DNA of 49,572 nt from Paramecium tetraurelia (GCA_000165425.1 CT868042.1:186001-235572), one strand, 5' to 3'; counted from the stretch's first letter, positions 11,307 to 25,357 are shown. The notes: generated from the sequence alone by a model not told the origin. A program made the numbers and translations.

Positions 11307-14300
11307 TCAATCTTCATTATATTATTTTCGGCATTGTCTCAAGAAAACCTATTCCAGATTCGCCTATTTAATAGAAAATGATGCAATCAAATCTTCTTAA
11401 CATAAATTTTTCAGAATCCTAATTGTGGTAGGGACATCATAATCATTCCCCAATTTTATGACTATCAATAATCCTTCTTTTTGATGTTTTGGGAAAGCCA
11501 AGATTATTTAATCTAGAGCATCTTTATTTTTAGCTCGAATGGTTAGTAAGATCCCACTACCATATTATTCAATTAATTAGGCAGTGCTCTATTAAGGAAA
11601 GGGCTATGATCCATTGATGATGAAGCCTATGCTATCACTTAAATACTGAGCCTCATCCATATCATGAGTAGTCAGAATGATAGAACTATTTCGTTTTTGC
11701 ACATGGGCTTAGATCATGTTTTAGAGATTTCTTCTTGAAATAGGATCAAGACCATTGGATGGCTCGTCAAGAATGATTATACCACTATCTCCAATGAGAC
11801 TAATCGCCAAAGCAACCTTCCTCTTCTGACCCCCAGACATATTCACTATTTTACCCTTGATGGATAGGATCCTTAAGATCTATGAAACTTCATTTTTCAC
11901 ATTCCTAATACTCCCTTTAATCTTGGCATATAAATGCAGGATTTCCTCTGCTGTCAGATCTTCCCATAGACCTTCTGATTGTTGACAAGATGAAATAATT
12001 GTATTTTCGTTGTACATAATGCTACCCCAATTAGACTTGAGACAGTCAGTGATTAATTGAATGAGTGTGGTTTTGCCAGCTCCATTAGGACCGAGCAGTG
12101 TCAATATCTTTTAGGGAAACAATTACAGATCGATTTACTTCAATACTTGTTTATTTTGATTATATCCAAATTGAATGTTTTGAATCAACAACTTATTGTT
12201 CCTGTCCTATAAATCCTATCTATTTTCAAATAAAACAAAGTGTTTTTCTAAGGTTTAATAGATGAACATGTAAAAGATGAATTAGGCTATAAAATATACG
12301 GAATAATCTTGGCTAATATCCCTCAATGCCAAGTTCAAGGCATAGAGAGGGAACATGTAAGTAAATACTTCCCTAAGTTGATTTTGAAGTTGAAGATCTA
12401 TCATTGAAGGTAGGAGATAGCCAAATAAAAAGTTAATAACAGGGAATATCTTGATAGCACTTTGATTAGAACTGAACATGAAGGATGCTGCGTATGAGAA
12501 TGAAATCACTGATAATCCGAATAGGCCTAGGATAATCAACAACTATTCTGAACTAAGGAGCATCTCAACTTGGAGTGATAGAGCGTAGATGAATGTAATT
12601 ACAATCAATATAATAAGGTAATCTCCAAGGAATGTGCCAAAAATGTATGTAAATTGGGACATCCTCATTTGTTTTAATTGTTGTCTAATTTTGAGTTCTC
12701 TTTCAAGGATGGGTGTATTTATGAATATCGATGAATTAAGGCTGAATGATTGTGATATAAAAATAGAGACAAATACTTAAATCTAGGTTTCGCCTTACAA
12801 TAAATGATATCCAAAAAGATAAGCAAGTAACAAGATAAGCATGGGCAAGATCAACATCAATTACAACGTGAAGTTCCTTTTGAGAACATAATACTTCTTT
12901 TAGAGCAAGGCAGAAATTTGAAGTAATTACTTGGTTTTGATATCATGGGTAGATTTTATTGGGAATGAGTACTCCTTGATTATTTTATCATCCTCCAAGT
13001 GGTCTTTGTTTAATTTTAGATAGGCTGCTTCTAAGGTGTTCTAAACTAGCTAGATTTTAATATTTTAGGTTTTGCTCAATTCATACACTTTCTCTACAAT
13101 TGAAAACAGTTGATTTTAATTGAGTATGTATTTAATGTTGTCATATTCAAGTTAGGATCCACTTGAACATTCCAATTCGTAAAACAATTGTTTAATTTGT
13201 GATTGCTATTCTGAGGATTGAATGTTCCCAAAAGTCAAAGTGAATCCTACTTCCAATTCCTTTTTGATGTTTTCAGGAGATCCATAAATTTTGATTTAAC
13301 CTTGTTTCATGATGGCAATACGATCAGCCAATTCCTCAGCTTCATCTAAGAAATGAGTAGTCAAAATAAGAGTCTTATTGATTTGTTTGATATCCTTCAA
13401 TATCTACCAGATTTGTCTTCTGGACTCAGGATCAATGCTAGCAGTGGGTTCATCAAGAAATATAATTTAAGAGCCCCCCACCAAAGCCAAGGCAATTTGT
13501 AACTTGCGTTTATTCCCACCACTCAATTCATGTGTCTTGTAATTGGAGTACTGTTATAATTGCATCAGATTCAACCACCTCTCAATTTCAGAAGAGGAAT
13601 CTGTGCCTCTCATCATACATTAATATTGCAATGATTCATAGACAGTCAGTTGATCATACAGTAAGTTCTCTTAAGGACAGAAACCAATTAGTTTTTGAAT
13701 TTCATCTCTTTTCTTTTCAAAGGTCTTACCAAAATATAATATCTTGCCGCTAGTTTTCTCAAGCAATCCTGTCAGTATGTTAAGAGTAGTAGTTTTGCCA
13801 GCTCCATTCTATCCCAAAATACAAAGGATTTATTGAGAGTAGATCTTGAGATTCAAATTGTCAACTGCCACCACATCTCCATATTACTTAAACAATTTCA
13901 CAATTTCAACCGATGTAAAGGCTAATCCCTCCTCATCATATTATCTTCTCATCTTTATATATTCTACATAGTACCTCCATTTGATCCTCCAATTAGACAT
14001 AATCTGTTTTACTCCTTCTTGTCCAAAAGCATCTCCCTGCCTTCATGCATTATTCTTCCAAAAAATTAAACAAAAAATAATAGGCTACTAGATGTACTGA
14101 TAAACTCAGAATACAATAACTAGTGACACTCTCTACATTGCTGCCATTAAGCTTATTCATCAGGTAAAATGAAATGATTGATTATGGACAAATGTACACT
14201 AAGTATTCCATTTAATATAAAGGTGCAAAGTAGAATGTAGATAGGATTGTCTAAAAGAAGGATCCGAATTCCCCAGCCAATTGGGAGTTGCTGAAGAAAG

Positions 14301-14777
14301 TAGACAACAACAAGGTCTGTCCAACTTATGCCAAAATAAATAACATAAAGCAAAACACTATTTCAAGTGATTGTTGGAAATTCATTTTATACAGCAAAGT
14401 TAAGGGTATCATCAAGCCTATGATTACACTTTTAATTATATATGTAATAAACCAAGCTATCCTATAATTTTGCAACTTCATGCCCATAATCTAATTTCAA
14501 GAATTACACATACTTTATATAGATCTCTGTATTTATTCGTCTTCTCATGAACATATTCTACTAACAACTGTCTGCATAAGCCAACAAAGGAAGAGGGAAT
14601 GTAAACAGGCACCATGATAGTCAGAAACGATTTCCCTGTTCCTTAATCACCTTCCTGCACCATCAACAACACGAACACTGTTATTGAGGGGATGAAGAGC
14701 TCTTTGCCAAATTCTTTCATGTTGGTCATCTTCAGGTTTTTCCACAATATGGCCCATATTTAATTGTTAAAATGCAT
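11307..14777 (-). CDS. ABCA-subfamily full ABC transporter (TMD-NBD-TMD-NBD), about 1140 aa
   Basis: N-terminus AILWKN. NBD1: [27 protein letters not shown]2: [37 protein letters not shown]. The LEAAYL and LEQVFL regulatory-domain motifs are typical of ABCA. Confidence 0.93.
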
Positions 14778-14805
14778 TATTGATGATAATAGTTATATAT
14801 ATTAA

Positions 14806-17266
14806 TCATTTGATGTTTACTATGGAACTAATAGAAATTAAATTATTACACATACCTGATGATATGATTGTTCATGGTCAAATCGAATGTCTCAGAATTC
14901 ACATTTCTAGTCTTCCCAAGTAGATAGACTCCTTTCTACAAATTGTTTATGCTCTCAATCACCTTTCCTTTCCCTAAAAACACAATAAACAAAGTGAAAA
15001 TACTTTCTACATTATCTATAATTTCAATTATTGGTTCCAAATGAGTAGGCGGTATCCCTAACACAGTCACATCTACACAAAATGATTTTTCACTCGAATC
15101 TACTTGCACTTACTTCCATTCCTCCTCTGTATATTGATGATCCAAATAATCTCTCCTTAATTTCTCGTAGTAATTGCAATACAGTTCAGGAATATACACA
15201 TCATAGAAGTCCCTTTCCTCTCCTTCCTTGGCCAATATGATAGGATCATTCTAAATCACAGGCTGTTTCCCCAAGAGTGTCTTAAATATCTTAGAATCGT
15301 TCTCTTTGATATTTTCAATAATTGCCTTGGGATCCTTTGCTGTAATTGCCGTCCAATAGCAATCATCAAAGCGAAATTGAGCAAACTGGTTAAGCTTCTT
15401 AATTTCCCCTTGTTTACAAGCGTGTTCAAATTGGGACTAGAAGAGTAAAGTGACTATGGTTTTCTTGCTAAACTAATTGAGACCATTCACTTTCTCTTTC
15501 AATTATTCGATAAAACAATGGATCACATTAGAAAATATAAAGACGATATCCTTCCCATTCTAATTCTCTTGGGGCTAAGCATCAATCTTTTACCATCCAA
15601 CCTATTTTGCACTTAAATCACAATTGTAGATCTTCAAGTTGCAATTATAGTCATCACACAACTCATCCAACATCTCTTGATCTCCCTATTCCAATCGCTT
15701 AACATTTTTGATTCCCAATATAATCTAACAATTCATATAATGATCCAAGAAATCAATAATCTACGCTATATCATTCTTATCGTTACTATTTAAGAGTTCG
15801 ATAATGAACTTCAATTGATTTTATTCACTATAATCTGGTTGAATGACATAAGGAAAACAGTAATTAGTTGAACAATATGCATCAAAATCTGACTAGAATT
15901 GTCCTTCATCAAAATTGTTTAGAAAGAGGTACAACTTGGATTTCTCCTTATAATTGAAGAACTCCACAACTATCTTATCCTACAAAGTCTCAATCTTGTG
16001 ATTTTTGATAATCTTCAACTATTTCATATCCTACTGTTCCTCTTCTTCAGAGGACTGAGGGTCTAGCTATTGGAGGAGTTCTTGTTTCTCAATCTGCTAT
16101 TTGATTGGCAAGATCACTTTAGAATCACTATTTTGATTATTCTTGAAAGGCAAGATCTCTTAGGAATCCACCTACTCTATTATACTGATGTCTTGCTGTA
16201 TCAATTGACTGTCGATCTGTTTATCAACTTCACTATGATAATAACTATTAGTAAATCTAGATAATTGGTTATTCTCCTCATTCATCTACTTTTATCTACA
16301 ATAATGCCATAATGCTATCTCTGTAAATACGAAATCATTTTTCTATAGGTTATGCGTAATCCTCTTCAAGATCTCTGTTCCAAAACATTAATCCAATCGA
16401 TTGCCGATTTCTTCTATTTCCTCCATCTTCACTATTTTACAATCGATCCCATTTAATATATTGCTTTGCTCCTTTGATATCTAAAATAGAATCTTGTTCT
16501 TCAGATGATTCTCCAATGTTGACATTGCTTCCTAACATCCTAAATCAGATGATCCTTAAATCACCAACATAACATAACTCTGGTAATCTTTCAATGTAAA
16601 TGACACTTTGAAGTACTCCTCCATTCTCCTTATGTCAAATATCAAAAATATTTGAATTGCTTGCACATCGTTCATCTTCATTGAATAAAACTTTTTATAA
16701 ACATTTCTCACTGCCAAATCCCGAGCCCTGTAACTATAGTATGCTGTATTTTGAGGCGTAATCCCTTAATCGATATTGTTACGAATATTGTCAACCAAGT
16801 AATTTATGCTCTCAATCAACTAAGTTTTTTTGCTAGAAGGCAAGAAAATGATCACATAATTTAAGGGATATTGTCTTGAAAATTGACCCATATACCCGAA
16901 TTTTTCATTCAACTCTTGCTTAATTAGCATGAATTGCTTCTTAGTGAATATGATCAACCCATTATGCTCCTTTCGAATCGACTCATACTTCTGATTGGAT
17001 AACAAATCCATGTATGGCCCATAATTCTCGTCAGGATTATTTGATTGCATCAATAAATCATACATAAACTCACGCTTAGCCTTACTCATTGCATTCTAGA
17101 CTGCACACTAAACCCTATGCTAATCGGTCCCTTCTAAAAATGCCTTGCTCCCTCTGAATTTCACAAATGTATCATATTTTCTCTTTAAATCAATGAAGAA
17201 TCTGAGATGGTACATCCACATAATATGCTCAGCATCTAGATCTAATTCAATTTCGAAGCCCTTCAT
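14806..17266 (-). CDS. Uncharacterised protein of about 800 aa (paralog A), with putative GXXG-less KH-like units
   Basis: Long ciliate-code ORF starting MKGFEIELDLDAEHIMWMYHLRF, with introns at 14974-15003 and 14828-14855. It aligns by eye to the neighbouring gene at 17321-20136. Confidence 0.75.
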
Positions 17267-17320
17267 TTAATATATAAATTATCATTTTATTTTTATATTT
17301 TCCTGATAATATTTATATTA

Positions 17321-20136
17321 TCACTTTTTCTGGAAATAACCTCTACAATAATATAAATAGCAATCAAATACCTAGGAAGGATTTTGTTTTTTTAAATCAA
17401 TTCCTTTAAGCTCAATTTATCCTTCTCATTACGAATCCAGAGGGTGATAAATCTCCCAACGTGCTAATCAATTAGTTTCGGTACAACTATAGTCATAAGC
17501 TATTTTATTTTACATTTAAAATCCGATTCAAATAACAAGTTCTCAATATTATCAGGATCGCTGGGATTTAATTCTCTATCGCCCAACTCAATGGTTGCTT
17601 CATAATACATTGATAAATTCTAATTAGCTTAATATTCTTCTATATTCATTTAAATATCAATTATATCATTAAGTAATTCAGTATTAAACGCCTCCATCAT
17701 ACTGTAACAATACAGCTTTGAAGCTTCACAATGCTGATCATTCCTAATCTCCTTCATCCATTGATTCTTATTGTCCTGCCTCTTCTTTTGCACCTTAGCC
17801 TTAATATATACTGAATTCATCCTCCTAAATTCTACTTTCGCCTTCTCAAGCAGTTCTTCTATATCTTCGATCTACACAAAATAGAAGGCCATCTTGAAGT
17901 AATCCTTAAATTTTCTCAATTAACATGCCTCCAAACTTGGAAATTCTGTTTCTAAATATTTTAATTAATCCTCAGATATGATAATTACCTTCGTATTGTT
18001 TGCGCCTATTGAGATTGAAGAGTTCTCATTTAGAGACTATTTATTCATGTATTCATCAAACCTCCCCTTCAAGAATTGATGATGGCGATAGGAGTAATTG
18101 CTGACCTTTATTGCCACTTGCTAGCCATCATCAATCTACTGCAACTCTCTAAACTATTTTTCATTCAAAAATTCCGATAACTCCGTTTTCGTTAGGAAAT
18201 ATTCTACTTTGCAGTTCTGTTTCAAAATATCAATTAAATCCTGTGCCTGAGTTGAGTATTAGGTTACATAATGCATCTACTACAAAAAATAGTTATGGAA
18301 AATTTATTTGATTTGATTGATCTCATCTTATTATTTACATTTAATATTCATTTTTATACAGTCAGCAGAAAACTCTAACGTAATTTCATGTTGCAAATCA
18401 TAATATATATTTTGGAACTCCTCAAAGGAATTCTGTAATTCTTAGAAGTTAAATTTCTTACCATTTTATAGAATACTCTGAGTATAAATTATCTAATATT
18501 ACATTAGTTCTATTTTAATCACTTAGCATCTTATTGTCTTATTTAAATCTTCTACTTGTAACAGTTAAGAAGTATTCTCTTATTCTTAAGATAAGGTATA
18601 TTAGTATATAAAACTATTTTGAAGATTCTAAGATACTGATAAATGATCAAAATTCATAGAGATATCCTCATTTTGATTTATATATTTTTGTTGTTTTTCC
18701 TTCTATTACTTCTTGTTGTACTTTATATTTTTGGGCATTTGAGGAATATCCTGTATATTCTGATGTTTCCTATAAAATTTTAATTGTTAATCCTATTAAT
18801 TATTTGAATCTTCATTCTTTACAGTTTCCTCCCTATAATTATAATTGCTACTTTGTTAGTATGAGCTTTGTTAATATGAGCTTTGTTATTATGAGTTTTT
18901 TTTTTATGAGAGTTATTACTACTCAAACTAGGTTTAATCATAAAACTGAAACGGATTCTTCTAGCACTTTTATTGTTTCATCGATGGAAATCCTTTTTTT
19001 TGATTATTTTTATTTGGAATTGGCTTATTTGAACTCTCATTGTAATAGAATTATGAATGAAACCTAATGTCCTTATCTGCTCTAAGATTGTTCTTTGGTT
19101 TTCTGAGCGTTTAATTAATTATATCTGTTATTTCACCTTCCAGATACTGATCGGCGCAAACAAATATTTAATCGGAGCCTAAATCAATCCAATAAATATA
19201 TACTGTATCTCTGAATCAACACTCTATTCAAATTTATACTAAATTATTTATCCAATCTCTTCGATTCAATAAACACCTCCTCAGATGAATATATCTAAAC
19301 TCTTGATGAAGTTGAAACTTAATCATCTATGGTTTTTTCCAAATACAGGAGATCATTAGAACTCAACTTCATCTCCAAATTAGCTATAGGCCAGAACCTC
19401 TTGTTTGCCAGATGATTCTCCAGGATCCTGAATCCATCGTCAATAGAAGGCAAATTATTTGCATTGATAACCAAGAAAAATTGATTTGATGTTTGAGCAA
19501 GCTCTATAATTAGTTACAACTTATTCATGATTTCTTAGACATCCAAATTGAGATAGATGGATATTGCTTCCAAGGCTGTAATGTTATATTGTTAATGGAA
19601 TTTGAATTTGTCTTTCAAACTCTGCTAGTTATATAAATAACCAGTCTTTTAGAAGATCCATTCTTAAATTTAGAGCATATTTGTTCTTGGGAACCAAGTT
19701 ATAAAAAAATGCCTTGGTAGATCAGGACCACTAGGTTGATATCCTAATTTATTCATGTAAGAAATCTATTTATTGAGGGAGGATTTTGAATAAATCCAGA
19801 ACCCTGGGTTACTTTTGCATAACTCTCGATATTGGTCCTATTAAAATAATTAATGGAAAGCCTGGATCTCATTGTCATTCCGAAATTCCTCAACCTGCAT
19901 TATGAAATCTTCATCAACCAGTTGATAAATTCTTTAAGCGGCATTCTCACACTAAATTGCATCACCTTAGTAACATAGAAACAAATACCTTCCAAAATAA
20001 TCAAGTTTTAAGAGTAGAAGAACCTGATTCTATTCTCTTGGGCGATCCTCTCCAAAAACCCTAAATGATGAATCCATATTGTTTCCAATGATTCTAATTC
20101 AATCACCTTCTCTACATTTGACTTTTTAAAATTCAT
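17321..20136 (-). CDS. Uncharacterised protein of about 900 aa (paralog B), with putative KH-like units and a Q/S/N-rich linker
   Basis: Starts MNFKKSNVEKVIELESLETIWIHHLGF. The frame is continuous with 4 tiny introns (near 19980, near 19190, 17487-17513, 17343-17371); TGA at 17321-17323. Confidence 0.75.
18851..18895. repeat. Three copies of a 15-bp tandem repeat inside a CDS (encodes QQSSY-like units on the - strand)
   Basis: ctttgttagtatgag / ctttgttaatatgag / ctttgttattatgag. Confidence 0.85.
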
Positions 20137-20296
20137 TAAAATAAATATAATGAAAACACTTAAACAAATCGGTAAGCTCGTTTGATTGATTACTAAAGAG
20201 TGTTAAGATGCACTCCTCGCAATTATTTATACATACAAGAATGATCATCTATCAACATTATTTATTATACAGAATGTCATATATTATTATTATATA

Positions 20297-21379
20297 ATGA
20301 AAGTAGTATAATTTAACAATGGATTGTATTATGGATAACTTGATTACTTTTACAAAAAGATTGGCTTGGGGGTTTATGTTTATGATGACTCTACCCTTTA
20401 TTACGGATAATGGAAAAACGATCTTTATAATGGCGAAGGATTGATTGTGTTTCCTTATGGTGCAATTTTGAAGGCCACCTTTAAGAACCATTCCATAGAA
20501 GGAATAGGAATCCTGATAACCAACAATGAAGTCCTGATTGGAGAATATCAGAATTCGGTTTTAATGAATAAAGCATTGCTCTTTAATGGAAAATAATGGA
20601 AATTGAGATCATTTTTGAAAAATGGCCAATTCGAAGATGCGGATTGTCAACCTAGCAAAGAATAAAAACTATTCTCGGAATTCATTAAGCAATACCCCTC
20701 ACTCTATAAAAGCAAACTCTTGTTATCGTTGGTTGGGTTTACGATACATGAAAATCAAATGTACATTGGGGAGTTTAAGAACAACAAACTGGATGGTTTG
20801 GGTAGAATGTTAGACTTCGACAAAAGAGTATTGGAGGATGGTTATTACAAGAACGGATTGCTGCAGAAGGGATTTAGATATTACGTTGAAAACAACTCAT
20901 TCGAATAGGTTTAACTCGTATTTGAACAGGGATCATTCGATTATAAGATAATGATGAAAGGAGACGACTTTCCCATCGAATTGATTAAAAAACAAAGAGC
21001 ACTTATGCATCTCACATCTAAGTAATTCATTAGCAAATCCCAAGAAATTCATTACTTTCACAATAGATATCAAAAATGCAACCATCAACTCAAACCATTG
21101 CTAAAAATTACTTTAAATCAATTTATTATAGAAGAGGATGTGTCAAATGAGGGGGAGACAAATAAACCAATTGAACATGTCAGAAAAGCCTCCTTCCACA
21201 ATGAAAAGAATAAATAGTTGGATGAGCAGACAACCACCAGAACCACATCCTTCCATGAAAAGAGCAGATAATTTGAATTAGACATATGTAAAATTGAATT
21301 TGAGAATGCCTTGAGACCTTAGCATTCAAATGTAAGATAGCCATAAAGGAAGAGGATATTTGATAAATATAATTTTTGA
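20297..21379 (+). CDS. MORN-repeat protein (360 aa, apparently intronless)
   Basis: Units LYYGQLD..KIGLG, YYGQWKNDLYNGEG, YIGEFKNNKLDGLG. The 1083-nt span is in frame to a TGA. Confidence 0.85.
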
Positions 21380-22433
21380 CTCATAATACTAATTAATATA
21401 TACCATAATATGGAAAAGATGTTTAAAACATATGCATTTATTCAAATATTGATTATCCAAGTCAAGTCAATCTATTTGTTTACTTTACTTAAGGATTATT
21501 TCCAATTATTATAATAATTAGGATACAATATCAGATATATGATAATTTATTTGATGAGAGAGTTTAGTTATTCTTCAAGAATCTGATATATTAATTTGAG
21601 TGGTCTTAAAGGAGGAAGTTCAATTACAGCTAAGTTCGATTTTAGAGATGCTTAAATCTTTAATGGATTGAGGATTTATTTAATGATTTTGATACGGATA
21701 CAAATTATATAAAAATTTCAAAATCTCACATAGTTTGTAAATAAATGCTTTACTATTTTTGTAAACACTAAGTTTTATATATCTGTGTCTTTATAATTAT
21801 CAGCATTTCTAGATGAAAATTGCGACAACAGCCTAGTGATTTCTTGACTCAAATGCTGTAGTCTCACTCTCATTGTGAATCTTTATCGAAGCTTCTTAAA
21901 CCTTAAATACATAAGAATGGCGATTACTGTAATTATATAATTTAATGCATACCAATCACAATTAATGGAAACATCTTCTATAAATTTTGAGAAATCCATT
22001 TTAAATATTGTTACACAAGGAGTATGTAAGATCGTCTCATCTAATTTTTTTTTTCCAATCTATGTTGATAGTTCTTTAATCTCAACTAATAATCACATTG
22101 ATTCTGGAATTCTTGTTAGATGATTGTTTCTAACAGAACGTTCACCTTGAACTAATTTACGTAAATTTAAATCTATGCTCTGCAAACAGGACAAGTATTG
22201 AAATTTTGATAAAAGTTTTTGTTGCTTAAACAGGGTTTACAGAAGGAATGACCACATGTAAGAGTCAAGGGATGTAATAAAGTTTATAAGCATATAGGGC
22301 AATCAAATAGTTGTTACATATTTATTTATAAATAGATGCTTTCTTGAGAGTAAATTAAAATCAAAAAGAGTGATTAGAGATGAGGAGTATAATTGTATTA
22401 TGGGAATATCTAGAAATAAGGATATATAATAAA

Positions 22434-23059
22434 TCATGAAATATTTACACGTTTAATCTTACGTATTTTGGGTTTAATAAATTTACCCACCAATCCATCA
22501 GATTTCTTTTTGTGCAATGAACGCTACTGCCAAGAACTTTTGCTTAATTTCACAGGTCTATTTCCGACATACTTGCCATTCATCTCCTTGAACGCCTTCA
22601 AATAATCATTTGCATTTAAGAATGACACAAACCCATACCCTCTAGTTTTCATGGTGCGCTTGTCCCTAATGACACGCGATCTTGCGAAGGAAGGGTACTT
22701 TCTGAATGAGTTGGCCAACACTTCGTCACTGACTTCGTTGCCCAGATTTCCACAGAACAATCTATAATCTCCATCAGGCCAATCAGCCAGAGTAGGGTCT
22801 TCCCAAATATCGCCTGCACATTTCCTTAGTATGATCATCCTTCGCTTTCGCTTCTGTTGCTATTGTTGTTACTATTGCTGTTATTGGGGTTACTATTCAG
22901 TTTGCTTCTACTATGGCTACTCAACTAGGATTATGGAGAGGAGACACAATTACCTTTCATTTGTTCTTCTGTTTTTCGAATTTGATCCTGATTGATCTCA
23001 TTCTTCTTTTGCTCATACAATTTGTTGAGTTTGGAGAGTGCATTTAAGAGATTGGACAT
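22434..23059 (-). CDS. RBM42: RNA-binding protein 42 (RRM; tri-snRNP-associated)
   Basis: AGDIWEDPTLADWPDGDYRLFCGNLGNEVSDEVLANSFRKYPSF...RDKRTMKTRGYGFVSF...EMNGKYVGNRPVKLSKSSW is the RBM42 signature. It has a poly-Q linker and one tiny intron. Confidence 0.93.
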
Positions 23060-23079
23060 TTTTATAATTAATTTTAATA

Positions 23080-25357
23080 ATGCAAGTTCACACCGACAAA
23101 AGTCCTGCTATTCGAACAACCAAGTCTCGAGTGACGGTTTCCCCCAATTCCATCAAGTCTATTCCCATAACGCATAAGGTGATTAATCGCATCATGGTTC
23201 CCATTTACTTGAGAGAGTAACAGTAGCAACAATAGCAATAACCTCAAAATCCAGATGTGATCAGATTGTAACAGGAATTGGAAATGTGGATCCAGCGATA
23301 TCGAGAATTGGAACAACTCTACTAAGGACACAAGAACCACCTAGTTATTGTATATAAAATGATTATGGCAAGATCACGTAATACCAGGAACGCATCGATA
23401 TGTTGGTTCAGGAGAATCATCAGATGTCTCTGATTTTGGAGGCACGCATCCAAGAAGTGCAATAGTGGGAGAGAAGTTACTATGAGTTGCAATAACAATT
23501 GCAGTACACTCAAACGAATAGAGAATCCGAATTTCAAATTCAAATTAATTAATACTCCAATGTGATTGCAAGTTACGAAAAGAATATTAATGAATTGAAA
23601 TCCACTCTGCAATTGAACCAATAAGAAGCCTTGCAATGGAGAGAGCGTTGCGATTATTTGTAGAAGGAACAAGAGAATTTGAGATAGTACTATGAGAATC
23701 AACGATAGCAAGATGCTGAAATACTCATTCAGAGTGCAGATCAACAACGTCAACAAAACGAGAGTGAGGTTTATAAGTTGAGGAATCAATTGGACATGAG
23801 AATGAAAGAACTTGAATAATTTAAGTAATAAAATCACCAATTAGAACAGACTCTCATTGAGGTGGGATCTAGTCAATAGAATTATGAAACCAAATTGTTG
23901 CTATTGACTCAAGAGATTGAAAATAGCAATGATGTATTCTAGAAGAAGGCCTAGCAATTTGAAATAACAAAAAAGAGGAATTAGGAATTGGAATAAGAAA
24001 ATTAGATATTGAGAGAACAATATGATCAGTTTGCTTAATAGTTAGATTTCTATAGACAGAAGTACGAGCAGGAAGTCTTGAACCAAAGGAAACAGGAGAG
24101 TTCCAAATTGGACAGAGAACGAACATTGTCAGAGGAAATGAAAAGAATCCAATTACAAATTGAGGAGAGAGACAGGCGAATCAAACAATTGGAAGTCTAG
24201 ATCCAAGCCAATTCCTAATATTAGTCATAATTGATTTAATTGGAAGACTAGTGCTAACTCTTTTAGCAGGAGATTGAGAGATTGAATGGTTAGGTCAGAT
24301 AGAAGGAATAATAGATACAATAAATGCAATTGCATAATGAGTAAACTTAATAGAAGCATTACAAAAATGAAAATACTTTGATCAAAATTCAAAACGAGTA
24401 TTAATAGTTAATCATCTAATAAACAACCTATCAAAACAATATAGAATAGATGCAACGAGTCAAAATGCAATTGGAAGAGAGAATCATTTTATTGGGAAGT
24501 GAAATTGAGAGATTAAATGATATTTAAAGATAATTGATGAACGAACTTGATCAGAATGTTAGGACTAGAAGAAATGAAAATGAAACAATCAATACAGAGA
24601 GGTAGAAATACTCAATCATTATTGAATAACAATCTAGGGAATTATCAGAATACAAACTAAAACTTAATTAAATTGAGTTGATTAGAAGTCAGTCAGATCA
24701 ATTGAAGTCAGATAATGATAGATTGAATCAATTATTAAGACATTTGTAGAATGAGAATGAATAATGGAGATAAAATTATAATAAATTGGAAGAACAATTA
24801 TAATAGGATTACGAGACTAAAATCATTATGTTATCATAGGAAATCGAAAGGCTGTCTATTTTGATCAATGAGAGAAGTACTGAGATGGAAACCAATAGAA
24901 GGAAGGTCACTATTTTAGAAGAAGAGTTGAGTAAGAAAAGATATAGTTAAGAGGAAAAATTGGCTATGCTTACTAGTGAAATTGAGAGACTTAACCTATT
25001 AAATCTATCCTACTCTGAACAAATTGAAATGCTCAAGACTAAGTTGATAAAGCAGGATTCCTCAGATCTTCTATTATTGAGAGAGAAGAACTTGTATCTG
25101 AATCAGGAGATTGAACGCTTATAAAATTTAGTTGAAGATCTCAATAAGGAATTGGAAATCTATAGGTATTTGGCATTAAATCTATAATTAGACTCAAATA
25201 TGCTGACCAATTTGGAGTCGGATCCAAGTATGAAGAATTGCTTCTCTATTTATCGTTGTATAAAGTAGAAATCGAGAGTTTGCGTGCATAATTGACTGAT
25301 AAAGAAAAGGAAGTCAATGATATGCGTAGATCGTAATTAGCTCCTTATAGAAGGTGA
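23080..25357 (+). CDS. Coiled-coil protein with repeated L..EIERLN motifs (cortical cytoskeleton-type)
   Basis: About 6 copies: YETKLLLLTQEIENSN, LFQQEIERLN, LEERIILLGSEIERLN, YETKIIMLSQEIERLS, EEKLAMLTSEIERLN, LNQEIERLQ. Confidence 0.82.

Noticed and set aside
21400..22400. Coding-like fragments between the MORN gene and RBM42
   Set aside because: Frames on both strands are broken by TGA and no family was recognised; too weak to call.
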